Made by a program: the position numbers and the translations under genes. A model generated the notes under the pieces. It worked only from the letters and a program-made list of their open reading frames with translations, did not search any database and was not told the origin of the DNA. Of a stretch of 64,000 nt of DNA, positions 23,956 to 36,900 are shown piece after piece (within the stretch, counting starts at the first letter, position 1; every line of letters begins with the position of its first letter). The stretch spans positions 372,001-436,000 of the forward strand of contig BROI01000023.1 in NCBI GenBank assembly GCA_027923505.1, given 5' to 3'. Origin of the DNA: Mayamaea pseudoterrestris (lineage: Eukaryota).

Positions 23956-26900
23956 ATGTCATCTGCCATTTCCTCTCCTACTGGTAGTGGAGACGACAAG
24001 GATCAAAAGCGTCGCAAGCAGTTGAAGCGCATGACAAAGATTCTCGAGTCGGCTTGGCAGGAGTCCGATCCTTGCTTTCAGCAGCAAGACCAGGACGACG
24101 GAGTCTTTTCCTTGGCTGCCATTGGAAACAAACTTGATCAAATGGAGTATCGATTGGGAAAGCATGGATGGGAAGACTTTAGCAAAGACCTCGGCGGAGT
24201 TTACAATCTTCACGTCAAAAAGTAAGCGACGACGGATGAAGAATGAAGGGATCGACCAATTCTGCAGCTCAAATTGTGAGCGATTTCTTCTACTGCATCA
24301 TTCACTCATTCTTGCTCATTCTCCATTCGATTCTTTACTCTTTAACAATAGAAAAACTAAACGAGCAACCTTGGCAAAGCAGACGCTCGACAAGATACTT
24401 CCTTTGCTTCCAGCTCCATCACTTCAAGACGCTGCGTCGAGTCATGTTCCTACAGCAGCTGCTGCAACAACGACTAGCAGAAATAGCAAGAAAAAATCTC
24501 CGGCTTCTTCCGCTACCAAAGGACACAAGAAACGGTCTGCGGCATCCACGAGTGCCGATGCCGACTACAACAGTCCAGCGCGAGGTGGCGACTCACAATA
24601 TGAATCACGCACCCATAGTCCGGCCCGCAAAAAGAACAAGACGCAAGAACTTGCCGATCGAGAGGATCGATCCATGGAGCTATTGAGGCATTTTGTTACA
24701 GAGCGAGGAGGCGATGCAAGGCTTGTTGAGAATTTCACGTGTCGCGTCACGAAAAAGGCAGATACAAATGCTTTCAATGTCAACTTTTACGGAGCAAATC
24801 AAAGGCGCTTTCGAAGCATGCTGGAAGTTGGAAGACACTTTGGACTGCTGGAGCAAGGCGCGGCAGGACAAGCTAATAGTAGAAATAACAATAATAAGCA
24901 ATCAATTCGACGAAAAGCTTCATCCAACGAGAGTGAAGCAGAAAAGAAGCAGCTGCGAAAGGAATTGGACAAGCTTCGCAATCGACTCAAGACGGCAACG
25001 AAGGCACTTGATAATCATGCTTCCGGTGCAAGCACTGCAGCAACAAACACCGCGGACGGCAAGGAGGCGGCTCTTGCAGACCATGTTACCGGCTTTGACA
25101 TTGAACCCGTTGACGATTACTTGCTGGAAGATGGAATCACACGATGTTCTTGCGCAGCAGCTCGTATTCCAGACATTACTGGCTTTCCCATGGTGCCGGA
25201 GCATTGCATACCAGACGTGCTCATGGCGTGGGACTTTTTGTGCACCTTTTCACGAGCCATTTCCTTGACGCCCATTGGTTTGGATGACTTTGCAGCGGCT
25301 CTCACGTACACGCCGCCGGATGGGCAATTAGGCGATGATGTAGCCGCGCCTCCAGTTTACTTGGCCGAGGCACACTTGGGGCTACTCAAACTATTGCTGC
25401 AGGACGCTTACAGCGACGATTGGTGGTGGGCGACGCTGGAAACGGTGGAAGAGGAAACGCCAGATCTCCTGAACCTTGTCGACAAAGGCAAACCGGTGAT
25501 CAAGGTGGATATGAACGCGCTGCTGTCCGAGCAAGAAGACCCACTTATTACGAATAGCTGGCTCAAGTCGCTCGAGTCAGTTGGGAAGGATGCGACAGTC
25601 ACGCAACTAAACGAGGCGAAAGCAGCAATAAAAGCGGCACTAGGCTTGGTGAGCAACAAGTGGGTACACGCGTATCTGCGAAAAACACTCGACGCATCAA
25701 AACTGACGAACGCTGCCGCGTTCATGTGTCAGTCCGTTTTGTTTTTGGTAAAATGTGTTCGCGAAGCTCGACCTGACTTGATCAATTGTACGGCGCCATC
25801 GGAGAAGGTACGCCAGGTCAAGGAAAAGGTTGTCGCGGAAGCGAGCGAGCAAATGGCCAATTTAACTCCATCGGCGCCATGTGTCGCGAACGAAGATGTC
25901 GTATCGGACTTTGAATACGAAAGCGAGGATTCAGACGACGAGGACGCTGAACATCATGGGAAAGGTGGTATCCGACATCATCGACACAGCAAAGAAGCAT
26001 CTGAAAACGATATACTGGAGGCGGACGATTATGCAAAATCCGCTTCAGTCATTCCACCACGTCCGACGCCTACAATTGTCGATCTTTTGATGCCCCCGAC
26101 TAAGCCAGGCCCAGATAGCGAATATTTGAATCCTTTTACTTGGTATGCCATGGTTGGAGCAACGGCGCACCGTGTGTTGCACCGTAAGAAGCGATTGCTG
26201 AATGAGGTTGATGATTACATGCGGGCACAGCACGATCTGAAACCTCCATCTGTCTTGGAGCGGAGCGAACGAGAGAAGGTTGCAGCTAGCCGCGTGCTTA
26301 CCGAGTGTGAAATTGCCATGGACGGAGGTTCGCCGACTGAAGCTGCGATTCAGCACTTGTGCAAAGGCGGACATTATCTACAATTGTCGACGGCCGAGCG
26401 GCTGTGCCTCCTTCGGCTAATGATTGAAGCGGCCTACGACACAAATCGCTTGTACGAAGTGGTAAATGGAAACATCAAACAACGCCAAAGTGCCATGAAA
26501 GCGTTAGAAGTTGAACAGCGTCGAGCAAAAAAGGACGAAAAGGAAAAGGCGATTGCAGATGCATCTACTGCTCGAGAACGACTTGCTCTAGAGGCAAAGG
26601 AACGTTTTTTGGACGAAAAGCGCGAGGAAATTCGGAAGCTAAACGAAAAATCAAAGGAGCTTTCAGATGATGTAATTGAGTCTCTTACCGAGGAAGATAT
26701 TGTAGACTTTGACGATGACATCACGGCTGACTTTTTGGCGCTACCGTCACCCGATTTTTTTAGCAAGGCTGACGTTAAAGGCATGGTAGATCGTATGCAC
26801 GAGGAAGCAGCTTTCGACTGCGACTCGCTTCGAATCATCACCATGACTGACTTGTCTGAACGAGAAAGACGCCACCTCGAAGAGATGGAAGGGCAGCTCG

Positions 26901-28882
26901 CAGGCTTCGGTGTCGAAGACGCCGCTGCCAATTCGCACCTGGACAAAGAGACATTTCGGTCGATAGACCGTTTAAAGAGGGACATTGCAAAGGCTAAGGA
27001 GCAAATGGAAAAGCTTCCGGCTCTTCGACAACGAGCGATGATGCACCTCAGAGATGCTATAGAGGACGGAACGATTAAAGTCTTACGCGCTGCGATCACT
27101 GCGGCGAAGAGGGCGAAATTGTCTGGACCAGACGAGGAGACTGGTGGCGTGTGGGCTATTGATCTGATGAGAGATGCTGCGCTTGAGCTCGACCGCGCCA
27201 AAGCAAGCAAGCGCGTTATTGATGCCCAGCGAGATTTGGTTTTGAAACGTAACAAATGCTTTATTCGGACCGAACCATTAGGAATTGACCGGTTTGCGAA
27301 CCGATTTTGGAAGTTTGATGGAGATGAAGATGGACGGTTTTGGGTAGAAACGGAATACACTTTCAATGAGGGCGCCGAACCGTCGCGGCCGGCACCAGGT
27401 TTTTTGAAGTTGCAGAGGAGCCCATCGCAGATTGCCTTCGGCGCAAGTGAGTTCGAGCAAGATTTTAATAGCAGAGAGGACTTGGATAGCGCAGAAGATT
27501 TTTGTCGTTTTAGCCGACGTGAGCATCATTCAAATGGATTTGCACCTGCCCTTGCGAAGCACAGTTGGGGGTGCCAAGCCACAGAGGAGTCGCTGCGAGC
27601 AACAATAAAGTTATTAAACGGTAGAGGCTTCAAGGAAGGTACATTGAAGGCTGAGCTCAAAGAATCGTTGGAACAGACGGTTGGTAATGACGAGAAGCAC
27701 GAGAACACAGATGCCGTTGGAACAATTGAAGATGTCACTGCCGCCGTGGAGAGTGCCGACGCAGTCACCGAAGCCGTTGAGTCGTTATCGAGTATTGTTC
27801 AAACTATTGGTGATTCCAACGCGTTCATGGCTGCCAAAAACAAGGCGATTCCCCATGGCAGCCAAGGCGCAACAATGAATGGTCATGCAAACAATGGCCT
27901 CGACCTAATCGAGTCGGCTATGGGGCAAAAGGTGAGAGTTCGCCAAGAAATTGACGGAAGTCGGAAGGATCTTGCCGTGGCACGTTACGAAAATGGAACA
28001 GTCGTCGGATGGAAATATGCAAACGAGGACAAAGAAGCGAACGATGACGGTGAAGAGATGTTGTCTACTCCTATTGTGTTAACTCTTGAAATTCCTTACT
28101 GGAAAGTTGCTTCCGAACGAGGCCATACTTTGTGGCTAAAAGGCGACGCACTGCTCCAGTCGATGAATCGATTCGAAAAGTGGAGCAGAGGTCAAGGTTA
28201 CTTCGAAGACGATGCTGCTTTCTTTGCATATCGAAATGACCTTGGCAAATTTCTTGGTGGCGCTAAACAAGCCCCTTATTCTTGCAGTCCCAACTCATTT
28301 GCTTCAGTCATGATCAAACGAGAAAGCGAGCTATATTCGAAGCTCAAGATCCTCAGCTATGACAATAAGTGGGGAGGCAAGTGTGGCGCTCGGGCGCTGT
28401 GGACCAACTCAATGAAAGACTATGCTTTCGATTTTGCCACAGTTAAACAGGGTCTGGTCACGCTCGAAAAGGCATTTTTCGAACTAATAGGGGAGTTTCC
28501 TGACTATAATGATGCATCCGGCGATGAACCCAACGCAAAGGCTTTATTGAACGATCCGTTCACTCGAAATGACATTGAACTTGAGTCGATTGAAAAGAAC
28601 ATCCCTGGTCTGTGGAACTCCAAGGCATCTCGCCTTGTCTTTCTTGAAATCGTCACGTCGAGCAAAACCACAGGAATTCTCGCTCTATGTCTCGACTTGC
28701 TTTGTCGAAATACAATGGCGTACCTGCGCAAACACAAGCTGCTGAACAACACAGAGGCAGGCGAATTGTTTGCGTCGGAAGATTATAGTTATATGGACGA
28801 TACGTCAGGTAGCCGACGAGTGCGTGGACTAAATCTATGGCAACGAAAGAAGAAGACAGTAAACTACGAAGAATTTTTTTGA
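23956..28882 (+). CDS. BAZ/TIP5/MBD9-like chromatin protein (degenerate bromodomain, MBD-like, DDT, WHIM1, WSD)
   Basis: In-frame intron at 24222-24351 (GTAAGC..AATAG). MBD-like VNFYGANQRRFRSMLEVGRHF; DDT DVLMAWDFLCTFSRAISLTPIGLDDFAAAL; WHIM1 YLQLSTAERLCLLRLMIE; WSD IRTEPLGIDRFANRFWKF...LLNGRGFKEGTLKAEL. Confidence 0.88.
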
Positions 28883-29165
28883 GCAACGATTGAACACTAC
28901 AACACAAACGCGTAATGTTGTGTGCATTTTACTATTGCTGCAAGGATCCCACCACTACGGTTACTAGGCAATGAGGCGCTATGAGAAGGAGTATTTTCCA
29001 TTTTCACAACATTGCAACGCTTGAAGCGTGTGGGTCCATATGGTACTTGGATGAAGTTAGGTTGCAGTAAAACGTGGTTCCTGCATGACGATTGGCTGAT
29101 TGGACAACTGCTAAAGATATTACACCTACACAGAAAATACTGCTAGCCTATTGTCCATCATAAAT

Positions 29166-30927
29166 ATATTCATTTGGCATGGTGAAACCCCTCCATGGCA
29201 TCCAAGTACCTCAGTGATGGCGAGAAGGAAAATCCTTCTGAGCGCCAGTTGTAGAGGCATCTGCCTAGAAGACGCCACTGGAGCACCAATGGAGCATCCA
29301 CTGAGCACCTGCATGGCCAAACCCTTGTCCCGTATGTTCATGTGGTGTGGTGAAACCCCTCCATGGCATCCAAGTAGCTCAGTGCAGGCAAGAAGAAAAA
29401 TCATTCTGAGCGCCACTTGTAGGGGCATCTGCCTAGAAGGCGCCACTGTTGCACCAATGGAGCATCCTATGAGCACCTGCATGGCCAAACCCTTGTCCCG
29501 TATGTTCATTTGCCATGGTGAAACCCCTCCATGGCATCCAAGTAGCTCAGTGACGACAAGAAGGAAAATTATTTAGAGCGCCACATAAAGGGTCATCGGC
29601 CTAGAAGGCGCCACTGGTGCACCGATGGAGCATCGTATGCACCTGCATGGCCAAACCCTTGTCCCGTATGTTCATTTGGTGTGGTGTAACCCTTCCATGG
29701 CATCCAAGTAGCTCAATGACAGCGAGAAAAAAATTCCTTCTGAGTGCCACTTGAAGGGCCATCTGCCTAGAAGGCGCCACTGGTTCACCAATGAAGCATC
29801 CAATGAGCACCTGCATGGCCAAACCCTTGTCCCGTATGTTCATTTGGCGTGGTGAAACCCCTCCATGGCATCCAAGTAGCTCAGTGATGGTGAGAAGGAA
29901 ATTTCTTCTGAGCTCCAGTTGTAGGGGCATCTGCCTAGAAGGCGCCACTGGTGCACCAATGGAGCATCCTATGAGCACCTGCATGGCCAAACCCTTGTCC
30001 CGTATGTTCATTTGGCGTGGTGAAACCCCTCAATGGCATCCAAGTATCTCAGTGACGGCAAGAAGGAAAATCCTTCTGAGCGCCACTTGAAGGGCCATTG
30101 GCCTAGAAAGCGCCACTGGTGCACCGATGGAGCATCCAATGAGCACCTGCATGGCCAAACGCTTGTCCCATATGTTCATTTGGCATGGTGTAACCCCTCC
30201 ATGGCATCCAAGTAGCTCAGTGACGGCGAGAAGGAAAATCCTTCTGAGCGCCAGTTGAAGGGCCATCTGCCTAGAAGGCGCCACTGGTGAACCAATGGAG
30301 CATCCAATGACCACCTGCATGGCCAAACCCTCGTCCCGTATGTTCATTTGGCGTGGTGAAACCCCTCCATGGCAACCAAGTAGCTCAGTGATGGCGAGAA
30401 GGAAAATTCTTCTGAGCTCCACTTGAAGGGGCATCTGCCTAGAAGGCGCCACTGGTGAACCAATGGAGCATCCAATGAGCACCTGCATGGCCAAACCCTT
30501 GTCCCGTATGTCCATTTTGGCGTGGTGAAACCCCTCCATGGCATACAAGTAGGTCAGTGCATGCAAGAAGGAAAATCATTCTGAGCGCCACTTGTAGGGG
30601 CATCTGCCTAGAAGGCGCCACTTGTAGGGGCATCTACCTAGAAGGCGCCACTGGTGCACCAACGGAGCATCCAATGAGCACCTGAATGGCCAAACCCTTG
30701 TCCCCTATGTTCATTTGGCGTGGTGAAACCCCTACATGGCATCCAAGTAGCTCAGTGACGGCGAGAAGGAAAATCCTTCTGAGCGCCACTTGAAGGGCCA
30801 TCTGCCTAGAAGGCGCCATTGGTGAACCAATGGAGCATCCAATGGGCACCTGCATGGCCAAACCCTTGTCCCGTATGTTCATTTGGCGTGGTGAAACCCC
30901 TCCATGGCATCCAAGTAGCTCAGTGAC
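29166..30927. repeat. Satellite A: 168-bp monomer, ~10.5 diverged copies
   Basis: The GGTG(A/T)AACCC anchor recurs at 29181, 29349, 29517, 29683, 29851, 30019, 30187, 30355, 30524, 30722 (after a 30-bp internal duplication) and 30890. Confidence 0.95.
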
Positions 30928-33900
30928 ACCAGCAACTTCTGCGGATCTGGAAGCAGGCAACATGCAGGAGGCAAATGCACAAAGTGAATGCACTATACAA
31001 TATCCATTTGTGACCTTGGATCATGCCCCAAGCCAGTTTACAAAGAGATGGTGGGGATCTGATGTTTGCCACTGCTAGGGTAGGCAGTCACATAGTACCT
31101 GCTAACTGAAGCTGCTGACCTGAAGGCAAAAGGCAAGCAGGAGGCTGATGCGCAAAACAAATTCACCAAGGAGGTATGTCTTGTGCCCTTGGATCATGCA
31201 CAGTGGCTGTACGCATAGAGTGTGTGGGAACTTCATGTTTGCCACTGCTAGGTTGGTGTTCAGCAGTTGGGTAGTACATAGCAGCAACTTCTGCGGATCT
31301 GGAAGCAGGCAACATGCAGGAGGCAAATGCACAAAGTGAATGCACTATACAATATCCATTTGTGACCTTGGATCATGCCCCAAGCCAGTTTACAAAGAGA
31401 TTGTGGGGATCTGATGTTTGCCACTGCTAGGGTAGGCAGTCACATAGTACCTGCTAACAGAGGTATGTTTTGTGCCATCGGATCATGCACAGTGGCTGTA
31501 CGCATAGAGTGTGTGGGCACTTCATGTTTGCCACTGCTAGGTTGGTGCTCGGCAGTTGGGTAGTACATACCAGCAACTTCTGCGGATCTGGAAGCAGGCA
31601 ACATGCAGGAGGCAAATGCACAAAGTGAATGCACTATACAATATCCATTTGTGACCTTGGATCATGCCCCAAGCCAGTTTACAAAGAGATTGTGGGGATC
31701 TGATGTTTGCCACTGCTAGGGTAGGCAGTCACATAGTACCTGCTAACTGAAGCTGCTGACCTGAAGGCAAAAGGCAAGCAGGAGGCTGATGCGCAAAACA
31801 AATTCACCAAGGAGGTATGTCTTGTGCCCTCGGATCATGCACAGTGGCTGTACGCATAGAGTGTGTGGGCACTTCATGTTTGCCACTGCTAGGTTGGTGC
31901 TTGTCAGTTGGGTAGTACATACCAGCAACTTCTGCGGATCTGGAAGCAGGCAACATGCAGGAGGCAAATGCACAAAGTGAATGCATTATACAATATCCAT
32001 TTGTGACCTTGGATCATGCCCCAAGCCAGTTTACAAAGAGATTGTGGGGATCTGATATTTGCCACTGCTAGGGTAGGCAGTCACATAGTACCTGCTAACT
32101 GAAGCTGCTGACCTGAAGGCAAAAGGCAAGCAGGAGGCTGATGCGCAAAACAAATTCACCAAGGAGGTATGTCTTGTGCCCTCGGATCATGCACAGTGGC
32201 TGTACGCATAGAGTGTGTGGGCACTTCATGTTTGCCACTGCTAGGTTGGTGTTCGGCAGTTGGGTAGTACATACCAGCAACTTCTGCGGATCTGGAAGCA
32301 GGCAACATGCAGGAGGCAAATGCACAAAGTGAATGCACTATACAATATCCATTTGTGACCTTGGATCATGCCCCCAGCCAGTATCTGGAAGCAGGCAACA
32401 TGCAGGAGGCAAATGCACAAAGTGAATGCATTATACAATATCCATTTGTGACCTTGGATCATGCCCCAAGCCAGTTTACAAAGAGATTGTGGGGATCTGA
32501 TATTTGCCACTGCTAGGGTAGGCAGTCACATAGTACCTGCTAACTGAAGCTGCTGACCTGAAGGCAAAAGGCAAGCAGGAGGCTGATGCGCAAAACAAAT
32601 TCACCAAGGAGGTATGTCTTGTGCCCTCGGATCATGCACAGTGGCTGTACGCATAGAGTGTGTGGGCACTTCATGTTTGCCACTGCTAGGTTGGTGTTCG
32701 GCAGTTGGGTAGTACATACCAGCAACTTCTGCGGATCTGGAAGCAGGCAACATGCAGGAGGCAAATGCACAAAGTGAATGCACTATACAATATCCATTTG
32801 TGACCTTGGATCATGCCCCCAGCCAGTAAGAGTGGGGGGACATGTTTGCCACGGTCTACATATAGAACTGAGCTGCATTGGAAGCAGGCAATGGGGGCAA
32901 TGCACATAGTGAGAATTTTGTGACCTTGGATCATGCCCCAAGCCAGTTTAAAAGAGATGTGGGGTGATGTTGCCATGCTAGGATAGACAGTCACATAGTA
33001 CCTGCTAACTGAAGCTGCTGACCTGAAGGCAAAAGGCAAGCAGGAGGCTGATGCGCAAAACAAATTCACCAAGGAGGTATGTCTTGTGCCCTCGGATCAT
33101 GCACAGTGGCTGTACGCATAGAGTGTGTGGGCACTTCATGTTTGCCACTGCTAGGTTGGTGTTCGGCAGTTGGGTAGTACATACCAGCAACTTCTGCGGA
33201 TCTGGAAGCAGGCAACATGCAGGAGGCAAATGCACAAAGTGAATGCACTATACAATATCCATTTGTGACCTTGGATCATGCCCCAAGCCAGTTTACAAAG
33301 AGATTGTGGGGATCTGATGTTTGCCACTGCTAGGGTAGGCAGTCACATAGTACCTGCTAACTGAAGCTGCTATCTGGAAGCAGGCAACCTGCAGGAGGCA
33401 AATGCACATGATAAATATCCATTTGTGCCTTGACCCCCAGCCATTTACAAAGAGTGGGGATCTGATGCCACTCTGGTAGACAGTCACATAGTACCTGCTA
33501 ACTGAAGCTGCTGACCTGAAGGCAAAAGGCAAGCAGGAGGCTGATGCGCAAAACAAATTCACCAAGGAATTATGTCTTTTGCCCTCGGATCATGCACAGT
33601 GGCTGTACGCATAGAGTGTGTGGGCACTTCATGTTTGCCACTGCTAGGTTGGTGTTTGGCAGTTGGGTAGTACATACCAGCAGCTTCTGCGGATCTGGAA
33701 GCAGGCAACATGCAGGAGGCAAATGCACAAAGTGAATGCACTATACAATATCCATTTGTGACCTTGGATCATGCCCCAAGCCAGTTTACAAAGAGATTGT
33801 GGGGATCTGATGTTTGCCACTGCTAGGGTAGACAGTCACATAGTACCTGCTAACTGAAGCTGCTGACCTGAAGGCAAAAGGCAAGCAGGAGGCTGATGCG

Positions 33901-36900
33901 CAAAACAAATTCACCAAGGAGGTATGTCTTGTGCCCTCGGATCATGCACAGTGGCTGTACGCATAGAGTGTGTGGGCACTTCATGTTTGCCACTGCTAGG
34001 TTGGTGTTCGGCAGTTGGGTAGTACATACCAGCAACTTCTGCGGATCTGGAAGCAGGCAACATGCAGGAGGCAAATGCACAAAGTGAATGCACTATACAA
34101 TATCCATTTGTGACCTTGGATCATGCCCCAAGCCAGTTTACAAAGAGATTGTGGGGATCTGATGTTTGCCACTGCTAGGGTAGGCAGTCACATAGTACCT
34201 GCTAACTGAAGCTGCTACCTGAAGGCAAAAGGCAAACAGGAGGCATGAGCCAAAACACCAAGGAGGTATGTCTTGTGCCCTCGGATCATGCACAGTGGCT
34301 GTACGCATAGAGTGTGTTGGCACTTCATGTTTGCCACTGCTAGGTTGGTGTTCGGCAGTTATGTAGTACATACCAGCAACTTCTGCGGATCTGGAAGCAG
34401 GCAACATGCAGGAGGCAAATGCACAAAGTGAATGCACTATACAATATCCATTTGTGACCTTGGATCATGCCCCAAGCCAGTTTACAAAGAGATTGTGGGG
34501 ATCTGATGTTTGCCACTGCTAGGGTAGGCAGTCACATAGTACCTGCTAACTGAAGCTGCTGACCTGAAGGCAAAAGGCAAGCAGGAGGCTGATGCGCAAA
34601 ACAAATTCACCAAGGAGGTATGTCTTGTGCCCTCGGATCATGCACAGTGGCTGTACGCATAGAGTGTGTGGGCACTTCATGTTTGCCACTGCTAGGTTGG
34701 TGTTCGGCAGTTGGGTAGTACATACCAGCAACTTCTGCGGATCTGGAAGCAGGCAACATCATGCAGGAGGCAAATGCACAAAGTGAATGCACTATACAAT
34801 ATCCATTTGTGACCTTGGATCATGCCCCAAGCCAGTTTACAAAGAGATTGTGGGGATCTGATGTTTGCCACTGCTAGGGTAGGCAGTCACATAGTACCTG
34901 CTAACTGAAGCTGCTGACCTGAAGGCAAAAGGCAAGCAGGAGGCTGATGCGCAAAACAAATTCACCAAGGAGGTATGTCTTGTGCCCTCGGATCATGCAC
35001 AGTGGCTGTACGCATAGAGTGTGTGGGCACTTCATGTTTGCCACTGCTAGGTTGGTGTTCGGCAGTTGGGTAGTACATACCAGCAACTTCTGCGGATCTG
35101 GAAGCAGGCAACATGCAGGAGGCAAATGCACAAAGTGAATGCACTATACAATATCCATTTGTGACCTTGGATCATGCCCCAAGCCAGTTTACAAAGAGAT
35201 TGTGGGGATCTGATGTTTGCCACTGCTAGGGTAGGCAGTCACATAGTACCTGCTAACTGAAGCTGCTGACCTGAAGGCAAAAGGCAAGCAGGAGGCTGAT
35301 GCGCAAAACAAATTCACCAAGGAGGTATGTCTTGTGCCCTCGGATCATGCACAGTGGCTGTACGCATAGAGTGTGTGGGCACTTCATGTTTGCCACTGCT
35401 AGGTTGGTGTTCGGCAGTTGGGTAGTACATACCAGCAACTTCTGCGGATCTGGAAGCAGGCAACATGCAGGAGGCAAATGCACAAAGTGAATGCACTATA
35501 CAATATCCATTTGTGACCTTGGATCATGCCCCAAGCCAGTTTACAAAGAGATTGTGGGGATCTGATGTTTGCCACTGCTAGGGTAGGCAGTCACATAGTA
35601 CCTGCTAACTGAAGCTGCTGACCTGAAGGCAAAAGGCAAGCAGGAGGCTGATGCGCAAAACAAATTCACCAAGGAGGTATGTCTTGTGCCCTCGGATCAT
35701 GCACAGTGGCTGTACGCATAGAGTGTGTGGGCACTTCATGTTTGCCACTGCTAGGTTGGTGTTCGGCAGTTGGGTAGTACATACCAGCAACTTCTGCGGA
35801 TCTGGAAGCAGGCAACATGCAGGAGGCAAATGCACAAAGTGAATGCACTATACAATATCCATTTGTGACCTTGGATCATGCCCCAAGCCAGTTTACAAAG
35901 AGATTGTGGGGATCTGATGTTTGCCACTGCTAGGGTAGGCAGTCACATAGTACCTGCTAACTGAAGCTGCTGACCTGAAGGCAAAAGGCAAGCAGGAGGC
36001 TGATGCGCAAAACAAATTCACCAAGGAGGTATGTCTTGTGCCCTCGGATCATGCACAGTGGCTGTACGCATAGAGTGTGTGGGCACTTCATGTTTGCCAC
36101 TGCTAGGTTGGTGTTCGGCAGTTGGGTAGTACATACCAGCAACTTCTGCGGATCTGGAAGCAGGCAACATGCAGGAGGCAAATGCACAAAGTGAATGCAC
36201 TATACAATATCCATTTGTGACCTTGGATCATGCCCCAAGCCAGTTTACAAAGAGATTGTGGGGATCTGATGTTTGCCACTGCTAGGGTAGGCAGTCACAT
36301 AGTACCTGCTAACTGAAGCTGCTGACCTGAAGGCAAAAGGCAAGCAGGAGGCTGATGCGCAAAACAAATTCACCAAGGAGGTATGTCTTGTGCCCTCGGA
36401 TCATGCACAGTGGCTGTACGCATAGAGTGTGTGGGCACTTCATGTTTGCCACTGCTAGGTTGGTGTTCGGCAGTTGGGTAGTACATACCAGCAACTTCTG
36501 CGGATCTGGAAGCAGGCAACATGCAGGAGGCAAATGCACAAAGTGAATGCACTATACAATATCCATTTGTGACCTTGGATCATGCCCCAAGCCAGTTTAC
36601 AAAGAGATTGTGGGGATCTGATGTTTGCCACTGCTAGGGTAGGCAGTCACATAGTACCTGCTAACTGAAGCTGCTGACCTGAAGGCAAAAGGCAAGCAGG
36701 AGGCTGATGCGCAAAACAAATTCACCAAGGAGGTATGTCTTGTGCCCTCGGATCATGCACAGTGGCTGTACGCATAGAGTGTGTGGGCACTTCATGTTTG
36801 CCACTGCTAGGTTGGTGTTCGGCAGTTGGGTAGTACATACCAGCAACTTCTGCGGATCTGGAAGCAGGCAACATGCAGGAGGCAAATGCACAAAGTGAAT

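Noticed and set aside
26434..27366. 310-aa antisense ORF (similarly 703-1323 and 61198-61833)
   Set aside because: These are shadow ORFs opposite well-supported coding sequence.
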